Shown here one piece after another: positions 25,184-37,660 of a stretch of DNA of 64,000 nt. Positions within the stretch are counted from its first letter, which is position 1. Each line of letters begins with the position of its first letter. Location of the stretch: assembly GCF_020745735.1 (NCBI RefSeq), contig NC_083402.1, positions 115,154,213 through 115,218,212 on the forward strand, in the 5' to 3' direction. This DNA is from Hemiscyllium ocellatum. Its lineage: Eukaryota. Position numbers and translations under genes: made by a program. The notes under the pieces were generated by a model, which worked only from the letters and a program-made list of their open reading frames with translations, ran no database searches and was not told the DNA's origin.

Positions 25184-25739
25184 CTGAGATGGAGAGAGTG
25201 AAGTGTCCCTTCGTCCACTCTTATGGCTTTGCAGATTGTGAATCTTGGTGCCTGGTTCAACATTTTAGCTCTGATGTCAGTGCTTCCTTTTGTTTGAGAA
25301 ACAGTTGCAATTTCAGAATTTCTCTCATGGTGTTTAGACACACACACAAATGTCTGTCCCGAACCAGCTTTTATCATAATCAAACAAAACCAGGGCAAAT
25401 ATTAATTTTGGTGAGCCATTGTTTCCCAAAGCAAAGCCAGTTATACTTGCAATGTGCCTTTTGAGTTTTGTTTAACAATACAGAAGCATTGAGTCATCAC
25501 TCCTTCTGAAACTTCAATGGACAGTGAGAATCCTTGAATAAATTAATGACTTTTTGTGGTTGTATTATTTTAAGAGACAGCCTGAATGTCCGTTTTTAGT
25601 TGAAGTTGAATCCACAAGAGAAGTCATTTGCCTCTTGGGAACCATTTTGTAAACCACCTTGTATCAATTGTGAAGACAGATTATCATTATTTACAAAACA
25701 TATGAGATTATAATTGTTTATACATCCATGACAAGTCCA

Positions 25740-26060
25740 TAGCAAATGTACATTTATATATTGCCTTGAGGATTAAAAAAGTGACGACGATTCAAGGAGG
25801 TATTATCAAACATATGTTGACACTATTTTTTCTAAGATATATTGTGGCAGATGACAAAATTGTTAGTTAATTACATTAGTTAATTACAGACATTCAAATA
25901 ATGTCTTAAAAGAGGAAGAAGGTTACTGAGGTGAAGAGGGAATTCTAAACCTTGTGTCCTTAGCAATTGAATAAATGGTTGCAAATAGAGAAGCGATCAA
26001 AACAGTGATGCTCAAGAAGCCAATGTTGAACAAAGACGTTAGGACATTGTAGCAACCTTG
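25740..26060 (-). mobile_element. L2-type LINE 3' fragment, old
   Basis: CATTTATATATTGCC tail; TGTCTTAAAAGAGGAAG...GGGAATTCTAAA...AATAGAGAAGCGATCAAAA. Confidence 0.5.
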
Positions 26061-26242
26061 TGATGATGTCACAGAGCTGCTCCTCAATAGGCCTAAATAT
26101 TAAAGTGTGGGCGATGTTAACAGAGAGAAGGAGTGAGAAATGATACAGAGCATCATGTGAAATAGAACAACTAGTAATTTGTGAGAGAGTTTATGGAATA
26201 CCTTTAAACTAATGTAACAGTAAGATTAGAGCCTATATATAA

Positions 26243-28077
26243 CAATGCGCAGCCCTCCACTCCCTCTGCTCCAACCCCAACCTCACCATCAAACCAGCAG
26301 ACAAGAAAGGTGCAGTGGTAGTTTGGCGCACTGACCACTACCCTGCTGAAGCCAGGTGCCAACTTAGACACCTTCTACCACTCCCTCGGCCATGACCTGA
26401 CCTCCCATTACCAAACCATCATCTCCCAGACCCAAATACATCCTCATCACCTCAGGGGATCTCCTACCCACAGCTTCCAACTTCATTATTTGAGAATACT
26501 GCACCGCCTGATTCTACCTCCTACCCAAGATCCACAAGGCTGACTACCCCGGCCGACCTATTGTCTCAACCTGCTCCTGCCCTACCGAATTTATCTCCAC
26601 ATACCTCGACATTGTCCTATTCCCTCCTGGTCCAGGAACTCCCCACATATGTTCAGGACACCTCCCATGCCCTCCACGTACTCCAAGACTTCTGTTTCCC
26701 TGGCCCCCAATGCCTCATCTTTACCATGGACATCCAGGCCCTATACACCTCCATCTGCCATGACCAGGGCCTCCAAGCCCTCTGTTTGTTCCTTTCCCGA
26801 TCTCCACACCAATACCCTTCCACCGATACTCTTATTCGTCTGGTTGAACTGGTCCTCACCCTCAACAATTTCTCCTTTCAATCCTTCCACTTCCTCCAGA
26901 TGAAAGGGGTAGCCATGGACACCTATGGGCCCCAGCTATGCCTGTCTCCTTGTCAACTATGTGGAGCAGACTATCCTCCACAGTTACACTGGCACCACTC
27001 CCTACATTTTCCTCCTCTACATTGATGACTGCATTGGTGCCACCTTGTGCTCCTACGAGGAGGTTGAGCAGTTCATCAACCTCACCAATACATTCCACCC
27101 CAACCTTAAAATCACCTGGACCATCTCGGACAGCTCTCTCCCCTTCCTGGACCTTTCCATGTCCATCAACAGTGATCGACTCACTGACATTTTCTACAAA
27201 TCCACCGACTTCCACAGCTGCCTGGATTACATCTCCTCCCACCCTGCCTCCTGCAAAAATGCTATCCGTTATTCCCAGCTCCTCCACCTCCATTGCATCT
27301 GCTCCCAAGAGGACCAGTTCCATCACAGAAAACACCAGATGGCCTTCTTCTTTAAAGACTGAAATTTGCCCTCCCACATGGTCGATGATGCCCTCCAGTG
27401 CATCTCATCCACTTCTCACACCTCTGCCCTCGAACCCCACCCGTCCAACTGTAACAAGAACAGAAGTCCCCTGGTCCTCGCCTTCCACTCCACCAACCTC
27501 CATATACATCGCATCATCCTCCACCAGTTCAGCCACCTACAAAAGGACCCCACCACCAGAGGTATATTTCCCTCCCCACCACTATCCACTTTCCATAAAG
27601 ACCATTCCCGCTGTGACTACTTCGTCAGGTCCACGCCCCCCAACAACCCACCGTCCCTTCCCGGCACCTTCCCTTGCCACCGCAGGAATTGCAAAACTTG
27701 TGCCCACATCTCCCGCCTCACCTCCATCCAAGGCCCCAAAGGAGTCTTCCGTATCCATCAGGGTTTTACCTGCATTTCCACACATGTCACTTACTGTCTC
27801 TGTTGCTCCTAATGCAGTCTCCTCTACATTGGTGAGACAGGACATCTACGCGCAGAGCACTTCAGAGAACATCTCTAGGACAACCACACCAATCAACCCC
27901 ACCGCCCCGTGGTCAAACACTTCAACTCTCCCTCCCACTCTGCCGAGGACATGCGGGTCTTGGGCCTCCTCCATCCCCATTCCCTTACCACCCGATGCCT
28001 GGAGGAAGAATGCCTCATCTTCCGCCTTGGGACCCTCCAACCCCTTGGTATTAATGTGGATTTCATCAGTTTCCTAA
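26243..28077 (+). pseudogene. PLE reverse transcriptase/GIY-YIG endonuclease ORF, broken by stops and frameshifts
   Basis: Pieces lie in ORFs 26561-27025, 26925-27362, 27366-27812 and 27909-28190 (HFNSPSHS...LEEECLIFRLGTLQPLGIN). Confidence 0.92.
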
Positions 28078-28400
28078 TTTCCCTTCCCCCACCTTACCAC
28101 AGTTCAAACCTTCCAGCTCAGCACCATCTTCATGACCTGTCCCATCTGTCCAACTTCCTTCTCACCTATCTGCACCACCCTCCCCTCTGACCTATTACTT
28201 TTACCCCCACCTCCATCCACCTATTGTACTCACAGCTGACTGCCCCCCCCAGCCTCACCCCCCTGTCCTCCCCATTTATCCCTCCACTCCTGAGGCTCCC
28301 GGTCTCATTCCTGTTGAAGGGCTTTTGCCCAAAACATTGATTTCCCTGCTCCTCGGATGCTGCCTGACCTGCTATGCTTTTCCAGCACCACACTCCTGAC
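26243..28400 (+). mobile_element. Penelope-like retroelement (Penelope/Poseidon-type), 5'-truncated, decayed RT + GIY-YIG, 3' pseudo-LTR with mutated HHR
   Basis: [55 protein letters not shown]; CxxxxCKTC linker; VTYCLCC...LYIGETG; HHR relic CUGuUGA-A-GGGC-UUUU-GCCC-aAAAC at 28311-28335. Confidence 0.95.
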
Positions 28401-28544
28401 CTTGATATATGCCCAACCACCATGTATTGTACAAATTCGTCTAACAAACAGAGTTAAAAAGAAAACAAAGGCTTAAGTCTATTCTTAATCTTAACTTGTT
28501 TTTGACAAGTCTGCCTTGAATCCAAATTCATGGGTGTGGGCATA

Positions 28545-30610
28545 AACCTAAAGAACATAGGAGCAGGAATAGGCCATTAGGCCCTCTCAAGCCTGTTCCA
28601 CTATTCTATGAGATCATGGCTAATGCATAGAGAGTCATAGAGATATACAGCATGGAAGCAGATCCTTCAGTTCAATTTGTCCATCACAAGTTATCCTAAA
28701 TGAACCTAGTTTAATTTGCGAGCATTTGGCCATATTCTTCTGAACCCTTTCTGTTCATATACACTTCCAGATGCCTTTTAAATGTTATAATTGTACCAGT
28801 CTCCACCACTTCCTCTGGCAGCTCATTCCATACATACACCACTCTCTGAGTGAAAAAGTTGTCCCTTAGGTCCCTTTTAAATCGTTCCATTCTCACCTTA
28901 ACCCTATGCCCTCTAGCTTTAAACTTTCTGACCTCAGGGAAAAATCCTTGCCTATTTACCCTATCCATGCCTCCCATGATTTTTATAACTGGCTGTAATG
29001 TCACTTCTCACCCTCCAATGCTAAGGGAAAATAGTCCCAGCGTATTCAGCCCCACCCTTCAGCTCAAATCTTCCAATCCTGGCAACATTCTTGTAAATCT
29101 TTTCTGAAAACTTTCAAATTTCACAACATCCTTCTAATCTACCACTTCCCTGGGCAGCTCATTCCATACACATACCACCCTCTGCAGGTATAACAGAATT
29201 GCACACATGATCACAATAATAGCCTAACCAATGACCTGTATAGCCACAGCATGACCTCCCAACATCTGTACTCAATGCACTGACCAATAAAGGAAAGCCC
29301 ATCAAATACCTTCTTCACTACCCTATCTACCTCAGACTCCACTTTCAAGGAACTATGAACCTGCATTCCAAGGTCTGTTTGTTCAGCAACACTCCCTTGG
29401 ATCTTACCAGTCCTGATTTGCCTTTACAAAATGCAGCATCTCACGTTATCTAAATTAAACTCCATCTGCCAATCCTTTGCCCATTGGCACATTTGTTCAA
29501 GAGCTCATAGTACTCTGAGGTAACGTTCTTCGCTGTCCACTACACTTCTGATTTTGGTGCCATCTGCAAACTTCCTAACTATACCTCCAATGTTCAGGTT
29601 CAAATCATTTCAATAAATGGCAAAAAGTAGTGGACACAGCATAGATCCTTGTGGCACTCCACTGGTCGCAGGCCTCCATTCTGAAAAACAACCCTCCTCC
29701 ACCTTCTGTCTTCTGCCTTTGAGCCAGTTCTTTAATAAAGTGGTTAGTTCTCCCTGTACTCCATGTGATCTAACCTTGCTAACCAGTCTATCATGAGGAA
29801 CCTTGTTGAATACCTTACTGAAGTCCATATATATCATGTCCACTGCTCTGCCCTCAACAATCCTCTTTGTTACTTCTTCAAAAAAAGGAATCAAGTTCAT
29901 GAGACATGATTTTCAAAAAGACGTGATGACTATCCCTAATCAGTCCTTGCCTTTACAAATGGACGTAAATCCTGTCCCTTAGGATTCCCTTCCAATACTT
30001 GCCACCACCAACGTTAGGCTCACCAATCTATAGTTCCCTGGTTTTTCCTTATTGCTTTTCTTAAACAGTGGCACAACGTTAGCCAACCTCTAGTCTTCCA
30101 GCACCTTGCTTGTGGCTATTGATAATTACAAATATCTCAACAAGGGGTCCAGCAACAACTTCCCTAGCTTCCCACAGAGTTATAGAATACACTTGATCAG
30201 GTCCTAGTGATTTATCCACTTTTATGCATTCTAAGACATCTAACATCTCTTATTCTGTAATATGGACATTTTTAAAGTAGCTGCTATTTATTTTCCCATG
30301 TCGTCTATCTTCCATATCCTTCTCCACAGTAAACACTGATCCAAAAAAAGGAGCTCCATATAGATTTGGCCCATATCTCCGAATACCATTCCTGAACAAA
30401 AAAAAATCTATCTCAGATTTATAATTTACAACTGATTCGCTGCCATTTGTGGAACAGAGTTCTAAATACTGAACACCTTGTTTGTAGAAGTCCATTCTAA
30501 CAGCTCGCTTGAACGGTTTTGCTTCAATTCTCAGATTATGCCCCTTAGTTCTAGATATCCCCAATCAGTGAAACCAATTTATATTTATTTACCCTGTCTT
30601 TTCCTGTTAG
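28545..30610 (-). mobile_element. Older CR1-family 3' fragment split by a younger CR1 (parts 28545-28625 and 30345-30610)
   Basis: GAACATAGGAGCAGGAATAGGCCATT...GAGATCATGGCTAAT resumes after 30345 as TTTGGCCCATATC...AAAAATCTATCTCAG. Confidence 0.7.
28628..30345 (-). mobile_element. CR1 LINE (HER1-type) 3' 1.7 kb, decayed RT
   Basis: Collinear with 5310-7015; DFSKVFNKVPH and GVPQGSM motifs; AGAGTCATAG tail. Confidence 0.93.
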
Positions 30611-31321
30611 TGTATTTCATTACTGTCCTCTGTATAATTGATAGTGTTGCTTTCAGACATTTTAAAAGTTTGTGCTTTAGAAGCAGCATCCCCAATTTGT
30701 CAATCATGTCACAGTGAACTTGCATTCACAAAATGCATTTTATAACAAAATAACGTGTACCATCAAAAATGTGATCTAATGCAACAGGCATATTTTGGTG
30801 TATTACTAATATTGATATTCTTCATATTCATCAATTTAGCATAATCAGTATAAAATTTAATTCTATATGCTGGACTCACTTGTTATTCTGTTATGAAGTT
30901 AGGGGTGCCCTAGTTTTATTTCAGTGTGTGAACCATTAGGAAGAGCAGAATACATTAATTTCTTCCCTGTGAGTTGGTTTCTGACTATTGTATCAGGTGA
31001 GTACTAGGTAAAACAAGACTGCTAAGATATTAAGAGTCCCTCACCATTTTCCACTCTTGTAGCTGTAGCTAACCGAATCATTGACTGAAAGGTGGAGGGA
31101 ACCGCTGATCGATTGTCAAAACAACAGGTGACATAGTGAAGTGCAATTTGTTTTTCAGCAATGTGCAGATAGAGGGCAACAGCAGCAAAGTGAAGTTATT
31201 TGTTGGGCAAGAAGATATTAGAGTGGAGGTTTAGCTAAAAGGAGCATTAGGACACTGGGAACAGAAAGAGTAGGACTATGGACATGGTTCAATTAGCAAA
31301 GGTTAGCTGTACTATTTAAGA

Positions 31322-31523
31322 GCTGAAAATGTGTTGCTGGTTAAAGCACAGCAGGTTAGGCAGCATCCAAGGAACAGGAAATTCGACGTTTCAGGCCAGA
31401 TGAAGGTCTCTGGCCCGAAACGTCAAATTTCCTGTTCCTTGGATGCTGCCTAACCTGCTGTGCTTTAACCAGCAACACATTTTCAGCTCTGATCTCCAGC
31501 ATCTGCAGACCTCACTTTTTACT
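31322..31523. mobile_element. PLE-derived fold-back mini-element, family A, 18-bp TSD
   Basis: Arms 31322-31400 and 31409-31487, tail to 31523; TSD CTGTACTATTTAAGAGCT at 31307-31324 and 31524-31541. Confidence 0.92.
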
Positions 31524-31823
31524 CTGTACTATTTAAGAGCTAAGCTGAGAATCTGAGGCAGGAGCCTAGAAAACAAGACCAAGGATATTTAGTTATTATG
31601 TTCAATGCTTCCAGTTCATATTCAAATGAATGAAAAACAAACACTTTCTTTTTATCATACAATGAAATGAAGGAACTGGTTAAATGAACAATTACCCAAC
31701 AACTGAGAGACCCTTCTATATGAAGAACGGCATCTTTTTATTTTGTGGTTACACTGAAAAATGATCTCCCTTGGTATGAAAATTATTTTTTATTTCACAC
31801 ATTTCCTCACCCTCAATTTCCCC

Positions 31824-32450
31824 AAGTCATAGAGTCATAAAGATGTACAGCACGGAAACAGACCTTTCTGTCCAACCCGTCCATGCTGACCAGATATCCC
31901 AACCTAATCTAGTCCCACCTGCCAGCACCCGGCCATATCCCTTCAAACCTCTCCTATTCATATAGCCATCAAAATGCCTTTTAAACGTTGCAATTGTACC
32001 AGCTCTAACACTTCCCCGGGCAGCTCATTCCATACACGTACCACCATCTGATGAGAAAGTTGCCCCTCAGGTCTCTTTTTTATCTTTCCCTCTCACCCTA
32101 AACCTATGCCCTCTAGTTTTGGACTCCCCCACCTAAGGAAAAAGACTTTGTCTATTTATTCTACCCGTGCCCCTCATAATTTTGAAAACCTCTATAAGGT
32201 CACCCCTCAGCTTCTGATGCTCCAGGGAAAACAGCCCCAGTCTGTTCAGCCTCTCCTTATAGCTCAAATCCTCCAACCCTGGCAACATCCTTGTAGATCG
32301 TTTCTGAACCCTTTTCAGGTTTCACAACATCTTTGCGATAGGAAGGAGATCAGAATTGCAAGGAATATTCCAAAGTAGTCTAATCAATGTCCTGTACAGC
32401 TGCATAATGACGTCCAATTCCTGTACTCAATACTCTGACCAATAAAGGAA
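31824..32450 (-). mobile_element. CR1 LINE 3' fragment (HER1-type)
   Basis: AGTCATAGAGTCATA tail; collinear with 5310-5945. Confidence 0.92.
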
Positions 32451-33158
32451 TTGAAAGGAACACATAATCCAATTAATCTATTGAAATAGCACTGTCCAAA
32501 GAATAGGTTAGAAATCAGCACTTCTGTAAAATTTTCCCAAGTTGACAATTTGTTTATTTCATGTTTTTGCACAAGTTACTTTCCTGCCCTAAGCATAAAT
32601 TAATGTGTGCAACTGTTCAAAGCGCTCTGTTTAAAGCCATTGTTCTTCTAAGATAAAATGGGAAAGCTCACATCAGTTATTTACCCAAGGTTAATTTTTA
32701 ATTTGTAGGTCAAAACTCAGAAATTCAAAAGATAAATTAATGCAGAATGGAATTATGCACCTAGGCTACTCAGATTAGAATAGTTGTATAAGTCTTTAGG
32801 CGTTATAAGCATATTCATGTGTTTTCTCTAATTTTAAACTTATCGATTTTTGAAGATTTAGCACTAGTAGGCAGGCATTCTATCCTTTGAGAAAAAGTTA
32901 GACTTGATCTGTGGCTTTCTCAATTCCTTTTCCCGAGGCTTTTCAACTTGAAAATCTACCCCAATTTTAAACCTCCACCCAAAGGGCATAAACTGACTTT
33001 TGTTGCTGCTTTGACAGAAGGTATATTTGCAAGTGCAAGCACACTTGTTGGTCTCTTCACTAACAAAGGGAATCCATATACCGTAAATGACATAGAAGCT
33101 AGAGCAGTCCTTCATTTAGTAAGATCTAACAGTGTCCTTTACTTTCCTCTTTTTCACA

Positions 33159-33461
33159 TTAGATTACTTACAGTGCGGAAACAGGCCCTTCAGCTCAACA
33201 AGTCCACAGCGACCTGCCGAAGCGCAACCCACTCAGATCCATTCCCTTACATTTACCCCTTCTACTAACACTGCAGTGCAATTTAGATTGGCCAATTCAC
33301 CTAACCTGCACATTTTTGGACTGTGGGAAGAAACTGGAGCACCACACAGACACAGAGAGAATGTGCAAACTCCACACAGTCAGTCACCTGAGGTGGGAAT
33401 TGAACCCTGGTCTTTGATGGTGTGAGGCAGCAATGCTAACCACTGTGCCACCGTGCCACCC
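33159..33461 (-). mobile_element. HE1-type SINE
   Basis: Reverse complement of the tRNA head at 33400-33461, V-domain, and tail CACTGTAAGTAATCTAA. Confidence 0.9.
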
Positions 33462-33479
33462 TGTTCATGTTTGTTTATA

Positions 33480-33900
33480 GAATTCATTCAACTCAACCTT
33501 AACAATATTCAATGACACTGCCTCCACCTGTCTGGAGATGACTAACAACTGAGAGAATAATATTATTTTTATCCCTGTCTTAAATGGAAGACCTCTTATT
33601 TTTAAACTTCAATAACTGGTTATAATCTATCTCATAAAGGGGAAGGATCCTTTCAAGTTCCACCCTGTGAAGACCCTTCAGGGTCCTATAAAATTGACTA
33701 ACATCACCACTCATTCTTCTAAACTCCAAAGGAAAAACATTTAACCTGTCCAACCTTTTCTTCAAAGGACAACCTCTTTTCAGAAACCTGTTGTGTGAAC
33801 CTTCTCTGCACCGTGTCCAATGTAATTATATACCTTCTTAAATCTGGGGACCAAACCGATACAGAAATGTGGAATTTTGAGTTGAGAGTTTGATATTCAA
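33480..33900 (-). mobile_element. Old CR1 RT C-terminal fragment
   Basis: ORFs 33580-33925 read VWSPDLRRYIITLDTVQRRFT and RLDRLNVFPLEFRRMSGD. Confidence 0.8.
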
Positions 33901-34319
33901 GTGATTCCATGCTTGCATTATACACAAGTGCTCATTAGTTAAACCAAACAAATTAATGCCTGCCTGAGGGAAATTCATTCAAGAAGAGTGATATTGTATT
34001 CAGTTGCCATAAGGAAAATATTGTTTGATTCAACTGATCTAAACTGGTATTAATTTTCCATGAATGAGAACTAATCAAATCTTACATTGCTTATGTATTG
34101 CTTTGCCTTTTTTTCAATCATCTCTCCAACCTACTGTTAAATGTTGATCTGACGTCTGCTTCAATCATTAATTCTGGCTGTGTATTCAACCATCTTTGTA
34201 AAATGGTTTCATTGTTGTTTTAAGAATCCCTCTATGCCTCTTTAACTTCCTTGAGCTATATATAACCCCCTGATCTGCCTATTGGCTTTTAGTGTTTGAA
34301 GGGAGACCACTGTCCCTAG

Positions 34320-34457
34320 AAAAGCAAAAATACTAGGGATGCTGGAAGTCTGAAATAAAAGCATAAAGTAATGGAGGAACACATCCGGGCTAGCAGTATC
34401 TATGGACAGAGAAACAGAATTAACATTTTGAGTCTGATATGATTCTTCTTCAGAACT
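34320..34457 (-). mobile_element. PLE pseudo-LTR plus tail, family B, degenerate HHR
   Basis: Minus strand reads CUGAAGA-A-GAAUC-AUAUCA-GACUC-aAAA-UGUUA, then arm and tail. Confidence 0.75.
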
Positions 34458-35737
34458 AACTTGAGAATTCTAGTAGAATTGTCCAAAATATGCCATGCAG
34501 TTGTTAGGGTTCAGAATCAACACCTATTTGGGTTCCTGACCCAAGTCTATAAAATCTCCAAGTCTAATAATTATAACCCAATGTTAACGCTTTCTCCAGA
34601 TACAGATTCTCCCAGCTCATTGAAGGCAAGATAGAATGCCACTAAATGTGGAGTCTGTTAACTTAACAGCAGTCCTGAGGGTTATTGAAACCAGACACAA
34701 TTTGAGGATTGTGACAGAAGGGGATGCAGGATATTTACAGCCAATGCAGAAGGTGGCTCTCACCACCTCTCCCTTTTCAGTGGGTCTTTGGACAAGCCCT
34801 CAGTAACTTTGAATGAGAGACACTTCCCAAGAGATGACAAATGACCCACAGAAGGTTGCTTCTTGTGCTCCATGTCACTAGGTTGGTCCCAGCGCACTAG
34901 GATGAGATCCTTAAGGTGGAACCAATTTTCACTTAATCAGCAGCAGGGAAGGAGACAATCTGTAGGTCTTCCCATCATGAATTTTATCATGGTCAATGTA
35001 GAAAGTTAGCATGGTTCCCACACACTACAATCATGCCTGGGTTAAATACCCTCCATTTCTTTGTACTTGACTCAGGCATAAATTACCTCTCTGAGTGTGG
35101 CAAGGGACTGTTATCCAAATTCCTTGCATTCTTTGGTATTCCTATACCAATGGTTCTCCTGCCTTGTCACCTTAGTGGAATTCCCTTTTCAAATCCCAAT
35201 TTTAACTAATTACTACTAGAGAACCTCCAGTGGTAGCTTATTTTCCCCACTTTTACAGTTGCTCTGGATTTATTTGTCTGTCATGTCCCTCGAGCCTTCT
35301 TTATCTAGTTGTTACTCTACAAGATCACCTCCAAGCCATATGATCATCTTGCCATGGAGCTTTGTTCTTGTTTCTTCAGTGTTGCTGTGTAAAAATTCAG
35401 AAACTCCTTTCCGACACCACGTGGGCAACAGTAATTCAAGAAGACAGTTCACCATTACCTTCTCACGGCTGTTTAGGAATGGATAATAAATAGACAACAA
35501 TGCTCACATCCCTTAAACAAATATTTTTAAATATCTGGCCACAATTATTTCCTATTAAACACGGGAAATATCAAACCCATGATTTGCAGTCCTATTGGAA
35601 AGCTTGTGACTGATTCCATTCCAATCCTAGCTATAATCCCAACTTTATATCCTCAGAATCCCATTAAAAACTGAATGGATATACCAAATTCCATACTCTC
35701 TCCATTACAAACACTCACCCTTCTCCCTCAATGAGAT

Positions 35738-36405
35738 GTCATGGAGAAAGTTGGAGACATAGGTAGACAGGGTAGTGAAGAAGGTGCTTGGTATGCTTGC
35801 CTTTATTGGTTATTGCAGTGAGTATAAGAGTTAGGAGGGAATGTTGCAGCTACACAGGACATTGGTTCGGCCACTTTTAGAATACTACAATCATTCTGGT
35901 CTCCTCTGCTAGAAGAAAGACCTTGTTAAACTTGAAAGTGTTCAGAAAAAGATCTGAAGTATGTTGCCAGGGTTGGATGATCTGAGAGGCTGAATAGGCT
36001 GGGGCTATTTTCCTTGCAGTGTCGCAGGCTGAAGGGTGACCTCTGAGGTTTATAATATCATGAGAGGCATAGACAGAGTGAATAGACAAAATTTTTTCCC
36101 CACAGTAGAGGAGTCCAAAACTAAAGGGCATAGGTTTACAGTGAGAGGGGAAAAATTTAAAAGGACTTAAAAGACAATTTTTTCATGCAGAGGGTGGTGC
36201 GTGTATGGAATGGATTGCCTGAGGAAGTGATGAAGCTGGTACAATTACAGAAATAAAGGCATCTGGATGGGTATAGGAATAGGAAGGGTTTAGAGGGATA
36301 TGGGCCAAATGTCAGCAAATGGAATGAAATTAATTTAGGAAATCTGGTCGGCATGGGCTGAAGAGTCTGTTTCCGTGCTGTTAAATATAACCTCTATGAC
36401 TAAGA
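35738..36405 (+). mobile_element. CR1 LINE 3' fragment (HER1-type)
   Basis: Reverse complement of the 5310-6000 type sequence, ending CTCTATGACT. Confidence 0.92.
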
Positions 36406-36547
36406 AGAAGTGAATTGAATTATTTGTACGGTTCTCCTCTTCTGCCCGTCCTCTTACATTACTGCTCTCATTGGAAAGGTAGTTGGAAGGTGTTTCCCTA
36501 ACCCCTGTCTTCACAATAAAAGCAAGGTGTTCCAAACAGGTGTTATT

Positions 36548-36625
36548 GGATTTGAAATGTTAACTCAAATTCTCTCTCCACAGAACTACCAGAGATTTTG
36601 AATTTCTCCAGAATTTTACATTCTT
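36548..36625 (+). mobile_element. PLE pseudo-LTR fragment, family B, very decayed
   Basis: TGAAATGTTAACTC...TCTCTCTCCACAGA...CCAGAG...GAATTTCTCCAG. Confidence 0.55.
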
Positions 36626-36959
36626 ATTGGTATTTGATGTCCAATTTAGAAACGACCCCTTGCAAATTCTTTTGGATTTATGCTAAGTAAGATTTATTAG
36701 TTCTTTCAAAGAAAGGAACAAAGTTTCAAATTATTTAAAATCAAGAACATTGCAACTTGTTCCTTTTAATTAGAAAGTCCATTAAGTCTTTATCCAGTAG
36801 AATTCTGTTCAGCAGACTATGCATGGACATCCTTATAATTTTGCCCTATGGACATTACAAATATTATAATACAGCCCATCTTTTAACAAAATTGTCTTCC
36901 AAGCTGTTTCCATCACTGAACTTAATGCTAAGCCCTCCTGCTTAGAATTTCATTGACTA

Positions 36960-37300
36960 CTCGCCCTAAACTTTAGCTCATCCAAAGCTATGCTTTATAT
37001 TTAACTCTGATCATTATTTATGCCAACCTACATTGGCTACTTTCTTCCCCATTGCCTCCAATTACAAATTCCCATCTTTCATCTCAAATTTTCTCTCGGC
37101 TTGAGCTTTCCTACCTTTTTAGCCTCTCATTGTATGGTAACTTCCCAGATCTTCCTGATTATGACCTCATCTGCCAGTTCCTTTCATATCCTACACAGAA
37201 CCTCCTGCCTTGCATCACCCACACCATTGGCAATCATGTCACCAGCTGCCTAACCTCTGGCATTTCCTCCTTAAATCCTGCCACCCTTTTACTTTTACCT
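36960..37300 (+). mobile_element. Decayed L2-type fragment
   Basis: CTCATCCAAA...CATTGGCT...CTCTGGCATTTCCTCCTTAAA pattern. Confidence 0.45.
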
Positions 37301-37369
37301 TATCCTTAAATCTTACCTTTTTGAATGGGTTTTTGGCAACATTTGTTTACCAATCAACTTTTATTTCCA

Positions 37370-37655
37370 AGTTATTCAGGGATCCAGATTCAAACCATGC
37401 CATGACAGATGGTGGAATTTGAACTTAACAGAAATCTATACTTTAGAGTCCAATGATGCCATGAATCAATTCATTGTCAATTGGCGGAAAAAGAAATCTA
37501 CTTCACTTTAGGGAAGGAACTTGCCACCCTTATCTGGTGTGGAATGCATGTGACTGCAGACTCAGAATCATATGGTAGAGTATTAACTGCCCCTGGATGG
37601 GCAATAAATGCTGGCAGAACCAATGATGCCCTCATCCTGTAAATTAATTAAAAAT
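37370..37655 (+). mobile_element. tRNA-headed SINE (808-1167 family)
   Basis: CAGATGGTGGAATTTGAA...CTTTAGGGAAGGAA...GGATGGGCAATAAATGCTGG. Confidence 0.8.
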
Positions 37656-37660
37656 TAAGA

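Noticed and set aside
26938-28077. 379-aa Ser/Pro/Thr-rich ORF, the longest in the window
   Set aside because: Alternative frame of the C-rich PLE coding strand; the RT/GIY-YIG motifs are in other frames.
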